From: Angustibacter luteus
Lineage (GTDB): Bacteria > Actinomycetota > Actinomycetes > Actinomycetales > Angustibacteraceae
DNA length: 64,000 bases
Direction: 5' to 3'
Assembly: GCF_039541115.1 (NCBI RefSeq)
Contig: NZ_BAABFP010000005.1
Coordinates: forward strand, 124,001 to 188,000
Shown here: positions 50,735-64,000 of the stretch, piece by piece
How positions within the stretch are numbered: position 1 is the first letter of the stretch
Layout: every line of letters begins with the position of its first letter
Notes under the pieces: generated by a model
Seen by the model: the letters and a program-made list of their open reading frames with translations, nothing else
What the model was told of the DNA's origin: nothing
The model's database searches: none
Translations under genes and position numbers: made by a program

Positions 50735-51388
50735 GTGGCGGGTTCCGTTGCGCTGCAACGGTTCCTCGCCCGACCTGTCCTGGACGTCGCGCCCGCCCTG
50801 CTCGGTGCCGTGATCGAGCACCACACGGCCGCGGGCGTGGTCGCGGTGCGGCTCACCGAGGTCGAGGCGTACGCCGGCCCGGGCGACCCGGGATCGCACG
50901 CGCGCAACGGACCCACGCCACGCACCGCGGTGATGTTCGGGCCGCCGGCCCGTCTCTACGTGTACTTCTCGTACGGCATGCACTGGTGCGTGAACGTGGT
51001 CTGCGGCCCGGTCGGGTCGGCGTCCGCCGTTCTGCTGCGCGGCGGTGAGGTCGTGCGCGGACTCGAGCTCGCTCGCACCCGGCGTCCCGCGGCCCGCCAG
51101 GACCGGGACCTGGCGCGCGGACCCGCACGCCTTGCCTCTGCACTGGGGCTGGACAAGTCGCTGGACGGCGCCGCCCTGGGTGGGTCGCGGTCGTCGTCCG
51201 CGGTCCGTCTACGGCGCAGCGGCCGGGTGGCGGGCGAGGTGTGCACCGGGCCGCGGGTGGGGGTGAGTGGCGTCGGCGGGGACGCCGTCCGCTACCCCTG
51301 GCGGTTCTGGCTGGACGGCGAGCCGACGGTGTCCACGTACCGTCCCGGGGCGACGCGCAGCGAACCCGGTCGCGACGCGAGCCCCTGA
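50735..51388 (+). CDS. mpg: DNA-3-methyladenine glycosylase (AAG/Mpg family)
   Basis: TEVEAY, YVYFSYGMHWCVNVV, LARGPARL, GPRVGV, PWRF; start uncertain. Confidence 0.92.
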   Translation: MAGSVALQRFLARPVLDVAPALLGAVIEHHTAAGVVAVRLTEVEAYAGPGDPGSHARNGPTPRTAVMFGPPARLYVYFSYGMHWCVNVVCGPVGSASAVLLRGGEVVRGLELARTRRPAARQDRDLARGPARLASALGLDKSLDGAALGGSRSSSAVRLRRSGRVAGEVCTGPRVGVSGVGGDAVRYPWRFWLDGEPTVSTYRPGATRSEPGRDASP

Positions 51389-51452
51389 TCCGGCAGGCTG
51401 GGCCCCGAACCGTCCGGGCCCCGAGCCGCCGGGCACGACGAAGGGACCGATC

Positions 51453-52718
51453 GTGAGCGACATCCTCGACGAGCTGCGATGGCGGGGCCTGGTGGCGCAG
51501 ACCACCGACGAGGCCGCGCTACGCCAGGCACTCGCCGACGGGCCGATCACCTTCTACTGCGGCTTCGACCCGACGGCGCCCAGCCTGCACATGGGCAACC
51601 TCGTGCAGCTGATCGCGATGCGTCACCTGCAGCGCGCGGGACACCGGGCGCTGTGCCTGGTCGGAGGGTCCACGGGGCTGATCGGCGACCCGAAGGCCAC
51701 GGCGGAGCGTCAGCTCAACGACCCGTCGGTCGTGGCGGACTGGGTGGCCCGGATCCAGCGGCAGGTGCGCCCGTTCCTGGACTTCGAGGGCGACAACCCG
51801 GCGACCATGGTGAACAACCTGGACTGGACGGCGCCCATCAGCGCCCTGGAGTTCCTGCGGGACATCGGCAAGCACTTCCGGGTCAACACGATGATCCGCA
51901 AGGACGCGGTCGCCGCCCGCCTGGCCAGTGAGGACGGGATCAGCTACACCGAGTTCAGCTACCAGATCCTGCAGGGACTGGACTACCTGCAGCTGTTCCG
52001 CCAGTTCGGCTGCACGTTGCAGACCGGGGGCACCGACCAGTGGGGCAACCTGACCGCGGGAGTCGACCTGATCCACCGGGCCGAGCACGCGTCGGTGCAC
52101 CTGCTGACCACACCGTTGATCACGAAGGCCGACGGCACCAAGTTCGGCAAGACCGAGTCGGGCACGGTGTGGCTGGACCCCTCGATGATGTCGCCGTACG
52201 CGTTCTACCAGTTCTGGGTGAACGCGGACGACGCCTCGGTGATCTCCTACCTCAAGGTGTTCACCGACCGGACCCGCGACGAGGTGGCCGCTCTCGAGCA
52301 GGAGGTGGCAGAGCGTCCGTTCGCCCGGCAGGCCCAGCGCACGCTCGCGGCCGACGTGACCACGTTGGTGCACGGCTCCGGCGCCACCGCGTCCGTGGAA
52401 GCAGCGAGCAGCGCGCTCTTCGGCCGAGGCGCGTTGGCGGAGCTGGACGCCGGCACGTTGGCCGACGCCACGGCCGAGCTCGCGCGAGCCAAGGTGTCGC
52501 CGGGGAGCTCCGTCGTGGAGGCCTTCGTGGACGCCGGCCTCGCCCCCAGCCGCGGTGCTGCCCGTCGCACGATCGACGAGGGTGGTGCCTACGTGAACAA
52601 CGTGAAGGTCGTCGACCCGGACGCCGTGTTCGCCGCGGATCAGCTGCTGCACGGGCGTTTCGCGGTGCTCCGACGCGGCAAGAAGTCGCTCGCCGCCGCC
52701 GTCGCCGACGTCTCCTGA
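51453..52718 (+). CDS. tyrS: Tyrosine--tRNA ligase
   Basis: YCGFDPTAPSLHMGN, QTGGTDQWGN, KFGKT, C-terminal S4 with LRRGKK. Confidence 0.98.
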   Translation: MSDILDELRWRGLVAQTTDEAALRQALADGPITFYCGFDPTAPSLHMGNLVQLIAMRHLQRAGHRALCLVGGSTGLIGDPKATAERQLNDPSVVADWVARIQRQVRPFLDFEGDNPATMVNNLDWTAPISALEFLRDIGKHFRVNTMIRKDAVAARLASEDGISYTEFSYQILQGLDYLQLFRQFGCTLQTGGTDQWGNLTAGVDLIHRAEHASVHLLTTPLITKADGTKFGKTESGTVWLDPSMMSPYAFYQFWVNADDASVISYLKVFTDRTRDEVAALEQEVAERPFARQAQRTLAADVTTLVHGSGATASVEAASSALFGRGALAELDAGTLADATAELARAKVSPGSSVVEAFVDAGLAPSRGAARRTIDEGGAYVNNVKVVDPDAVFAADQLLHGRFAVLRRGKKSLAAAVADVS

Positions 52719-52759
52719 CGCCTGCGAATCGAGGGTGGCGGGCGTCACGGCCCCCCGAT

Positions 52760-53023
52760 TTGACGTCGTCGCGCGGGGCCCTCTAATGTTCTCGACGTCA
52801 GCCCGACAGGGAGGAACGGACACCGCGGGGTGGCCGGTCCCGCGGACTGAAACCCCAACAACAGCACCGGGTGACCGGGGCTTGACCGCGCCCTCGGGCG
52901 GTGGTCAGGGCGGCTCTCAGAGCCTGCTAGAGTAGGGACTCGATCCCCACCGCAGGACGAGTCAACAAGCTTCGGGCCTCGCCCGGAACGAAGTTGACTG
53001 CCTCGACGCGGATCGGCTAAGTT
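52760..53023 (+). promoter_or_regulatory. Tandem rRNA promoters
   Basis: TTGACG-18-TAATGT (52760-52789); TAGAGT 52928-52933; TTGACT-18-TAAGTT (52994-53023). Confidence 0.7.
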
Positions 53024-53074
53024 AGAACGGTTGCCCCGACGGACAGGCCGAAAGGTCCGATGCGGTGCGCGTCC

Positions 53075-53101
53075 GATCCTTGAGAACTCAACAGTGTGCC
53101 A
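53075..53101 (+). other. BoxA-like / 16S processing-stem 5' strand
   Basis: GATCCTTGAGAACTCAACAGTGTGCCA pairs with ITS TGGCACACTGTTGGGTCCTGAGG (54987-55009); an analogous pair 55156-55189 / 58294-58328 brackets 23S. Confidence 0.7.
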
Positions 53102-53292
53102 AAAATCGATGCCATATAACACTCGTCATGGCATCAGCGGCGATGGGCCATTCGGCTCGGAGTCTCTGTTGCCAGACGATTCCTTTGGTTAAGAACGGAT
53201 GACCTCGTGTCATCCACTTCTAGCCATGGATCGGGTCTTCGGACCCAACCTCAAGAGATGTCGCCCTGCGCCAGCGTGGGGTGAACAAAACA

Positions 53293-54821
<1,529 letters not shown>

Positions 54822-55191
54822 AGCATCTGGCGCCGGCCTAGCTGGCGTCCAGGCCCCTGCCTCAGACGTACGATCTGAGGAGGGTGCTCAAGGGTGGAAC
54901 ATCGATTAGTTGGGACGGATCGACTCGGATCTCGCTCAGTACAGCTCCTCGGAGCAGGAACCTGCGAAGGAAGACGGATCAGCCCCTGGCACACTGTTGG
55001 GTCCTGAGGGACCGGGCGAACGAGCCTGACCTCAGCGACTGCGGCCCCACGATGGTCTTTGACCAGAACGGGGCCGTTTCGCGCGGACCGACCCCCGGCT
55101 GAACCGCTCGCACTGGCGAGCAGGCACCGGACAAGGGGTCGATCTCCGCCCGTACCTTGAGAACTGCACAGTGGACGCGAGCATCTTTGAT

Positions 55192-58291
<3,100 letters not shown>

Positions 58292-58362
58292 TACAAAGAT
58301 GCTACGCGTCCACTGTGCGGTTCCCGAGATGCGGTCGGAGACGACTGTGACATCTCCATAGA

Positions 58363-58481
58363 GTTTCGGCGGCCATAGCATTGGGGAAACGCCCGGCTCC
58401 ATTCCGAACCCGGAAGCTAAGCCCAATAGCGCCGATGGTACTGCAAGGGGGACCTTGTGGGAGAGTAGGACGCCGCCGGAC
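58363..58481 (+). rRNA. rrf: 5S ribosomal RNA
   Basis: CGGCGGCCATAGC..CCATTCCGAACCCGGAAGCTAAG..GAGAGTAGGACGCCGCCG. Confidence 0.97.
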
Positions 58482-58490
58482 ATTCTTTCG

Positions 58491-58532
58491 AGACGCCCAC
58501 CCGGGTCACCCCGGGTGGGCGTCTTCGTTTTG
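58491..58532 (+). terminator. rrn intrinsic terminator
   Basis: 15-bp perfect stem AGACGCCCACCCGGG/CCCGGGTGGGCGTCT followed by TCGTTTT. Confidence 0.85.
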
Positions 58533-58575
58533 CCCGTACGCTGGATCAGATGCGTTGCGACGGAAGGGTTTCGCC

Positions 58576-59718
58576 ATGACCGACGAGGACCGCCCCACCG
58601 ACTCGTCCGCAGGCGGCGACCGGCCGCATGGCGAAGGCGCCGGCGGGAGCGGTTCGCGTGCCTCTCGCAGTTCTGGAGCCTCTCGCAGTTCTGGAGCCCC
58701 CCGCCGAGACGGAGCCTCTCGCAGTTCTGGAGCCCCCCGCCGAGACGGCTCAGGCGCCTCTCGCGGGGCCTCCGGGTCGCGCACCGGCCAGGGCCGTGAC
58801 GACCGCGGCCGGTCCAGCGGGGCACCAAGGACTGGCGGTGCACCGAGGAGTGGCCAGGGCGCCCCGGCGCGCCGCAGTGGCCCCAGCGGTTCAGGTGGCG
58901 CACCCGCGGGGCGGGGCGGCCCGCCGAGCGGTCGACCGCGGTCCGCGGACGAGCCGATGAAGCTCCTTGGACCGCGTCGCGATGCGCCCGTCGAGCCGGC
59001 CCTGCCCGAAGACGTCGTGGCAGCCGATCTCGACCGGGCCGTTCGCGCTCAGCTCCGCTCGCTCAGCAAGCCCAATGCCGAGCAGGTGGCTCGTCACCTG
59101 GTGATGGTGACCCGGTTGCTGCCGGACGAGCCGGAGCAGGCGTACGCGCACGCCATGTCTGCCCAGCGGCGAGCCGGCCGGGTGGCCGTCGTGCGTGAGG
59201 TGGTCGGCATCGCCGCCTACCACGCCGGGCTGTGGTCCGAGGCGCTGGCGGAGCTGCGCGCGGCCCGCCGCATGAGTGGGTCCTCGCACCAGCTGCCCTT
59301 GATGGCCGACGCCGAACGCGGCCTGGGCCGTCCAGAGCGGGCCCTCGAGCTCGCCGCGAGCGACGAGGCGGCGACCTTGACGCGCGCCGAGCAGGTCGAG
59401 ATGGCCATCGTGGTGTCCGGTGCTCGTCGAGACCTCGGGCAGCCCGATGCCGCCGTCCTTGCGCTGCAGGTCCCCGAGCTGCAGGGCCGAGCCCTGCATC
59501 CGTTCACTGCACGACTGCGCTACGCCTACGCCGACGCGTTGCTGGCTGCCGGGCGGGCTGACGAGGCGACCGCCTGGTTCGCCCAGGCCGCGGACGCCGA
59601 CGTCGACGGCCTGACCGACGCCGACGAGCGGCTGGCCGACCTGCAGGGGGTCGAGTTCACCGACCTCGACGACGACGACTCCCCGGAAGGGGCGTCGCCT
59701 GACCCGTCCGCTGAGTAG
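58576..59718 (+). CDS. TPR-like helical protein with disordered G/S/R-rich N-terminus (Rv1691-like)
   Basis: LRSLSK.NAE.VARHLV, ALAELRAARRM, MADAERGLGRPERAL, RLRYAYAD; position upstream of HAD-tlyA. Confidence 0.8.
   Translation: MTDEDRPTDSSAGGDRPHGEGAGGSGSRASRSSGASRSSGAPRRDGASRSSGAPRRDGSGASRGASGSRTGQGRDDRGRSSGAPRTGGAPRSGQGAPARRSGPSGSGGAPAGRGGPPSGRPRSADEPMKLLGPRRDAPVEPALPEDVVAADLDRAVRAQLRSLSKPNAEQVARHLVMVTRLLPDEPEQAYAHAMSAQRRAGRVAVVREVVGIAAYHAGLWSEALAELRAARRMSGSSHQLPLMADAERGLGRPERALELAASDEAATLTRAEQVEMAIVVSGARRDLGQPDAAVLALQVPELQGRALHPFTARLRYAYADALLAAGRADEATAWFAQAADADVDGLTDADERLADLQGVEFTDLDDDDSPEGASPDPSAE
58660..58749 (+). repeat. 18-bp modular coding repeat A-A-B-A-B (ASRSSG / APRRDG)
   Basis: GCCTCTCGCAGTTCTGGA x3 and GCCCCCCGCCGAGACGG x2. 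Confidence 0.85.
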
Positions 59719-59756
59719 GTCGGCCCGGTGCACGTGACGCGCCCCGCCGACGTACC

Positions 59757-60182
59757 GTGGCCCCTGTGACCCGTGCACCGGAAGGCGGCCCCTACGAGTG
59801 GTGGCAGCGGGGTGTCGAGCTGCTCGAGCGCGGCGACCCCGCCGCAGCCGCCGTGCTCCTGGAACGAACCGTCGCGGCAGAGTCCGGCTCGGCCTCCGGT
59901 TGGGAGGCCCTGGGGCGAGCGAGCTACGACGCCGGCCAGATCCAGCGCGCAGCCGAGGCGTTCACCCGGCTCGTCGAGATCGCGCCCGACTCCCACTACG
60001 GCCACTTCGCGCTGGGGCTCAGCCTGACCAGGCTCGACCGGTTCGAGCGGGGGGTCGAGCACCTCGCGATGGCGTCCACGATGCGACCCGAGCAGCCGGA
60101 GTACGCGGACCGCCTCCGGCAGGCGCGGGCGACCCTGCGGGCTCGTCGCGAGGCGGCGGCCTCGGCGGACCAGGATGACTGA
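59757..60182 (+). CDS. Small tetratricopeptide repeat protein
   Basis: WEALGRASYDAG..AAEAF..PDSHYGHFALG TPR pattern; start may be GTG 59766. Confidence 0.8.
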   Translation: MAPVTRAPEGGPYEWWQRGVELLERGDPAAAAVLLERTVAAESGSASGWEALGRASYDAGQIQRAAEAFTRLVEIAPDSHYGHFALGLSLTRLDRFERGVEHLAMASTMRPEQPEYADRLRQARATLRARREAAASADQDD

Positions 60183-61257
60183 CCGCGGGTGGCAAGGCTG
60201 GAGCGAGTCCGCGGGCGCTCTGGTCGACGCGCACGACGCGGTCCTGCTGGACCTCGACGGCGTCGTCTACGTCGGGGAGCACGCGGTGGACGGCGCGGTG
60301 GCGGCGATCGACGAGGTGCGCCGTCGAGGGGTCGGCGTGGCCTTCGTGACGAACAACGCGGCCCGCACGCCGGATGACGTCGCCGAGCACCTGCGCCGGC
60401 TAGGCGTCGACGCGGCGCCGGCGGACGTCGTGACGAGCGCTCAAGCAGCGGCCTCCTTGCTCCGGGAGCAGCTCGAGGCGGGGGCCGCTGTGCTCAGCAT
60501 CGGAGCGCGAGGGTTGGCCGAGGCACTGGTCGAGGTCGGGCTGCGTCCGGTGGGCTCGATGGACGACGAGCCACTGGCCGTCGTCCAGGGCTTCTCGCCG
60601 GACCTGAGCTGGCCCATGCTCCTCGAGGCGTGCGTGGCGATCCGGGCCGGACTGCCGTGGGTCGCGACGAACCTGGACGCCACCTTGCCGACCGCGCGGG
60701 GCCCCGCGCCGGGGAACGGCGCGTTCGTGGAGGTCGTCCGGCGCACGACCGGCGTCGACCCGCAGGTGGCGGGCAAGCCCTTCCGGCCGCTGATGGACGC
60801 GTCCGTGCAACGCCTTCGGGCCGAGCGGGGGCTGGTCGTGGGCGATCGTCTCGACACCGACCTGGAGGGGGCGCGACGAGCCGGGCTGCCCGGGTTGCTC
60901 GTGCTCACCGGCGTCACGGACGCGGGCACCTTGTTGGGGGCCCGGCCCGAGGAGCGTCCGGACTTCCTGGCGGCCGACCTGGGCGGGCTGCTGGAGCCAC
61001 ATCCCGGTGTGCGGGCGGAGTCCGGCGGCTGGGTCGCGGACGACGGCACCACGCTGCGGGCGGTCCTGGACGAGAACGGCGACCTGCACCTGTCCGGCGA
61101 ACCCGCCGCTCCGGGGGAGTCGGGACGGCGGGTCGCGCTCGCCGCCGTCCGCCTCGCGTGTGCAGCGCTGTGGTCGTCGCAACCCTCGGCCGACCGGGTG
61201 CAGCAGGCACGTCGCGCGCTTCGTCCCTGGACCGTCGTGCAGGGATGGGACGGGTAG
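60175..61257 (+). CDS. HAD-IIA family hydrolase (NagD-like)
   Basis: DLDGVVY, VTNN, AGKP, VGDRLDTD. Confidence 0.92.
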   Translation: MTDRGWQGWSESAGALVDAHDAVLLDLDGVVYVGEHAVDGAVAAIDEVRRRGVGVAFVTNNAARTPDDVAEHLRRLGVDAAPADVVTSAQAAASLLREQLEAGAAVLSIGARGLAEALVEVGLRPVGSMDDEPLAVVQGFSPDLSWPMLLEACVAIRAGLPWVATNLDATLPTARGPAPGNGAFVEVVRRTTGVDPQVAGKPFRPLMDASVQRLRAERGLVVGDRLDTDLEGARRAGLPGLLVLTGVTDAGTLLGARPEERPDFLAADLGGLLEPHPGVRAESGGWVADDGTTLRAVLDENGDLHLSGEPAAPGESGRRVALAAVRLACAALWSSQPSADRVQQARRALRPWTVVQGWDG

Positions 61258-61311
61258 GGTGACGACCGGTCGGGGCCGCGGTCGAGCCGCCCCCTCCACG
61301 AGGAGGTCGCG

Positions 61312-61860
61312 GTGTTCGATGCGGTGCGTGGGTACCTTCAACTCGTCAGCGGGCTCTCCCAGGTCTCGAGGCAGCGGGCCGTCGAGGTGGCCAAGCAGCT
61401 GCTCGCGACGACGCCCGCCGCCGAGATGGGCGGTGCCGCCAGCATGGGTGCGCAGGCCGTCTCCGGGCAGGTGAGCGCCCTCGCGGACGAGCTGATGGCC
61501 ACCGGTCGGCAGAACCGTCAGATGTTGCGCACGCTGGTCCGGGCCGAGGTCGAGACCGTCGTCGCACGGCTGGGACTGGCCGGGAACGCCGAGCTCGAGG
61601 CCGCCCTGGCCGCCAGCCGCGCCCGGGTCCTGGAGCTCGAGCGGGAGCTCGCGGTGCGTGACGCGGAGGCCGTGCGGCGGCCGTCGCGAACGTCAGCGGC
61701 AGAGAAGTCGACGGCGAAGAAGTCGACGGCCAAGAAGTCCACCGCGAAGAGGTCCACGGCTAAGAAGGCGGCTGCCATGCAGCCCAGCGTGGACGTACCC
61801 GCCGCAGCCACGACGCCGGAGCCCGAGGTCGAGGCCACGACACCAGCAGGAGCACCGTGA
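61312..61860 (+). CDS. Hypothetical coiled-coil (phasin-like) protein with KKSTA repeats
   Basis: SD GAGGAGG; amphipathic N-terminus, Lys-rich repeats near 61704-61768. Confidence 0.65.
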   Translation: MFDAVRGYLQLVSGLSQVSRQRAVEVAKQLLATTPAAEMGGAASMGAQAVSGQVSALADELMATGRQNRQMLRTLVRAEVETVVARLGLAGNAELEAALAASRARVLELERELAVRDAEAVRRPSRTSAAEKSTAKKSTAKKSTAKRSTAKKAAAMQPSVDVPAAATTPEPEVEATTPAGAP

Positions 61861-62087
61861 GCGAGTCCCAGGACCAGGCATCCCCGGCGACCGCCGACGA
61901 GACCGAGGACGTCCAGCACGACGAGCCGCACGCCCCGCTCGAGCTGCCGCACACGGGAGACGAGCAGGTGGACCAGGCACTGGAACGCCTCGTCGCTGTG
62001 CCGGAGCTGCCGTCGGCCGAGCAGGTCGAGGTCTACGTCGGCGTGCACCGCGACCTGCAGGACCGGCTCGCCGACCTCGAGGAATGA
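61857..62087 (+). CDS. Small acidic hypothetical protein
   Basis: TGDEQVDQAL..YVGVHRDLQDRL; overlaps both neighbours (GTGA/ATGA). Confidence 0.7.
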   Translation: MSESQDQASPATADETEDVQHDEPHAPLELPHTGDEQVDQALERLVAVPELPSAEQVEVYVGVHRDLQDRLADLEE

Positions 62088-62941
62088 CCGCCACCCGGCT
62101 CGATGTCGAACTCGTCCGCCGCGGTCTGGCCCGGTCCCGGGGCCAGGCGGAGGAGATGATCCGCGACGGCCGGGTCGTGGTCGACGGCCGCCCCTCGCCC
62201 AAGGCCTCCACGAAGGTGACCGCGGACACGGGGATCGACGTCCGGCCGGGGGAGCACCCGGACTACGTGGGCCGCGGCGCGCTCAAGCTGGACGGCCTGC
62301 TGGACGACCTGCAGGTCGCCGCCGGCCTCGTCGTCGGGCAGAGCGGTCCGCTCGCCCCGGCGGTGGCGGGGCGGCGCTGCCTCGACGCGGGGGCCAGCAC
62401 CGGTGGTTTCACCGAGGTCCTGCTGGCCCGCGGCGCGAGCGAGGTCCTCGCCGTGGACGTCGGACACGACCAGCTGGCGGCGCGGCTGCGCACCGACCCG
62501 AGGGTGCAGGACCTGCCCGGCACGACCGTTCGCGGCCTGTCGGCCTCGACGATCGGCGGCCGGGTCGACCTGCTGGTCGCCGACCTGTCGTTCATCTCCC
62601 TCCAGGTGGTCATGGGCGACCTCGCCAACCTCGTGACGGACGGCGGGGACCTGCTGCTCCTGGTGAAGCCGCAGTTCGAGGTCGGCCGTGAGAGGCTCGG
62701 GTCCGGCGGGGTCGTCCGCGACCACCAGCTGCGCGCGGACGCGGTGCAGCAGGTGGCCCGCGCCGGGCTCGCCGCCGGACTGCTGGTGCGCGCGATGCGG
62801 GCGAGCCGCTGGCCGGGCCCCAGTGGCAACGTCGAGTACTTCGTCTGGCTGACCGTCCAGGACGGGACGCCGGTCGAGTCGATCGCCGAGGACCAGCTGG
62901 CTGCCGCCGCGCAGCAGGCGGTCGAGGAAGGACCTTCGTGA
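62084..62941 (+). CDS. tlyA: TlyA rRNA 2'-O-methyltransferase
   Basis: RLDVELVRRGLARSR, LDAGASTGGFT, DLSFISL, VKPQFE, GPSGNVEY. Confidence 0.95.
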   Translation: MTATRLDVELVRRGLARSRGQAEEMIRDGRVVVDGRPSPKASTKVTADTGIDVRPGEHPDYVGRGALKLDGLLDDLQVAAGLVVGQSGPLAPAVAGRRCLDAGASTGGFTEVLLARGASEVLAVDVGHDQLAARLRTDPRVQDLPGTTVRGLSASTIGGRVDLLVADLSFISLQVVMGDLANLVTDGGDLLLLVKPQFEVGRERLGSGGVVRDHQLRADAVQQVARAGLAAGLLVRAMRASRWPGPSGNVEYFVWLTVQDGTPVESIAEDQLAAAAQQAVEEGPS

Positions 62942-63849
62942 CCCGTCGTGTGCTGCTGGTGACCCACACCGGCCGACCGGAGGCGCTGACGGCCGCCCTG
63001 GAGCTGACCACCGGGCTGATGGACGCCGGGATCGAGGTCGCCGCCCTCGCGGAGGAGGCGGATGAGCTGCACGCCCTGCAGCGGCACATCGACGGCGTCC
63101 TGGTCGCCGGTTCCGAGGACCCCGCGAGGGACTGCGAGCTGGTCATCTGCCTCGGCGGGGACGGCACGATCCTGCGCGGGGCCGAGATCGTGCACGGCAG
63201 CGAGGTCCCGCTGCTCGGGGTGAACCTCGGCCACGTGGGCTTCCTCGCCGAGCTCGAGCGCGAGGACATCAGCGAGATCGTGCAGCGGGTGGTCGCCCGG
63301 GACTTCACCGTGGAGGTGCGGCTCACCCTGGACATCACCGTCCGCGCCGGTGACCGGGTCATCCACGAGTGCTGGGCGCTCAACGAGGCGACCGTCGAGA
63401 AGGCCGCCCGCGAGCGGATGCTCGAGGTCGTCATCGAGGTCGACGGGCGGCCGCTGTCGACCGTCGGCGCCGACGGCGTCGTGATGGCCACGCCGACGGG
63501 CTCCACCGCCTACGCCTTCTCGGCCGGCGGCCCGGTGGTCTGGCCCGAGGTCGAGGCGCTGCTGCTGGTGCCGATCTCGGCGCACGCCCTGTTCGCCCGG
63601 CCCCTGGTCGTCGGGCCGAGCTCGCGGCTCGCCGTGGAGGTGCTGACGGACACCGAGGGCACGGGTGTCCTGTGGTGCGACGGCCGGCGCCGCTACGAGC
63701 TGCTCCCGGGCTCGCGGATCGAGGCCGTCGCGTCCGACCGCCCGGTGCTGCTGGCCCGGATGACCAGCGGGCCGTTCACGGACCGGCTCGTGGGCAAGTT
63801 CCGGCTCCCGGTGGACGGCTGGCGCGGTCAGCCCCGCTCGTCCACCTAG
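62938..63849 (+). CDS. ppnK: NAD kinase
   Basis: GGDGTIL, GVNLGHVGFL, ALNE, ATPTGSTAYAFSAGGP. Confidence 0.96.
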   Translation: MTRRVLLVTHTGRPEALTAALELTTGLMDAGIEVAALAEEADELHALQRHIDGVLVAGSEDPARDCELVICLGGDGTILRGAEIVHGSEVPLLGVNLGHVGFLAELEREDISEIVQRVVARDFTVEVRLTLDITVRAGDRVIHECWALNEATVEKAARERMLEVVIEVDGRPLSTVGADGVVMATPTGSTAYAFSAGGPVVWPEVEALLLVPISAHALFARPLVVGPSSRLAVEVLTDTEGTGVLWCDGRRRYELLPGSRIEAVASDRPVLLARMTSGPFTDRLVGKFRLPVDGWRGQPRSST

Positions 63850-63858
63850 GCTGTCCGC

Positions 63859-64000
63859 GTGCTGGAGGAGATGCGGATCCGCGGGCTGGGCGTCATCACG
63901 GACGCCGTGCTCGAGCTCGGTCCCGGGCTGACCGTCGTCACGGGGGAGACGGGCGCCGGCAAGACGATGGTGGTGACCGGCCTCGGCCTGCTCCTCGGCG
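63859..64000 (+). CDS. recN: DNA repair protein RecN (5' part)
   Basis: VLEEMRIRGLGVI..TGETGAGKT Walker A; follows ppnK. Confidence 0.92.
   Translation, partial: MLEEMRIRGLGVITDAVLELGPGLTVVTGETGAGKTMVVTGLGLLLG

Overview
Very GC-rich actinobacterial chromosome segment; gene order fits Kineosporiales/Micrococcales-type Actinomycetota, but the exact taxon cannot be fixed by eye. It is almost entirely core genome: the end of the dcw cluster (ftsW-murG-murC-ftsQ-ftsZ-pgeF-yggS-sepF-yggT-divIVA), a DksA/TraR C4-zinc-finger protein with 29 tandem histone-like AAPAKK-type repeats, lspA-rluD-dnaE, a partial his operon (hisDCB-orf-hisH-priA-sseB), a small accessory patch (glutathione peroxidase, FAD monooxygenase, DUF4282-like, MFS, macrodomain), infC-rpmI-rplT, trmH-orphan PAS kinase-pheST, argCJBDFRGH (argH runs into a 139-N assembly gap), a Mycobacterium Sdh1-like succinate dehydrogenase operon, mpg-tyrS, one complete tRNA-less rRNA operon (16S-23S-5S), and TPR-TPR-HAD-orf-orf-tlyA-ppnK-recN (partial). 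I found no transposase, integrase, phage gene, CRISPR array, defence system or tRNA. I could not support a wholly new multi-gene system. The best leads are cis-regulatory: two exact PafBC-type DNA-damage promoter motifs flanking dnaE (one ahead of an uncharacterised DUF3352-like protein), a putative leaderless 14-codon uORF coupled to the orphan kinase, an L20-leader-like RNA before infC, and REP-like palindromes. Family assignments come from recognised motifs and gene order, not from database searches.
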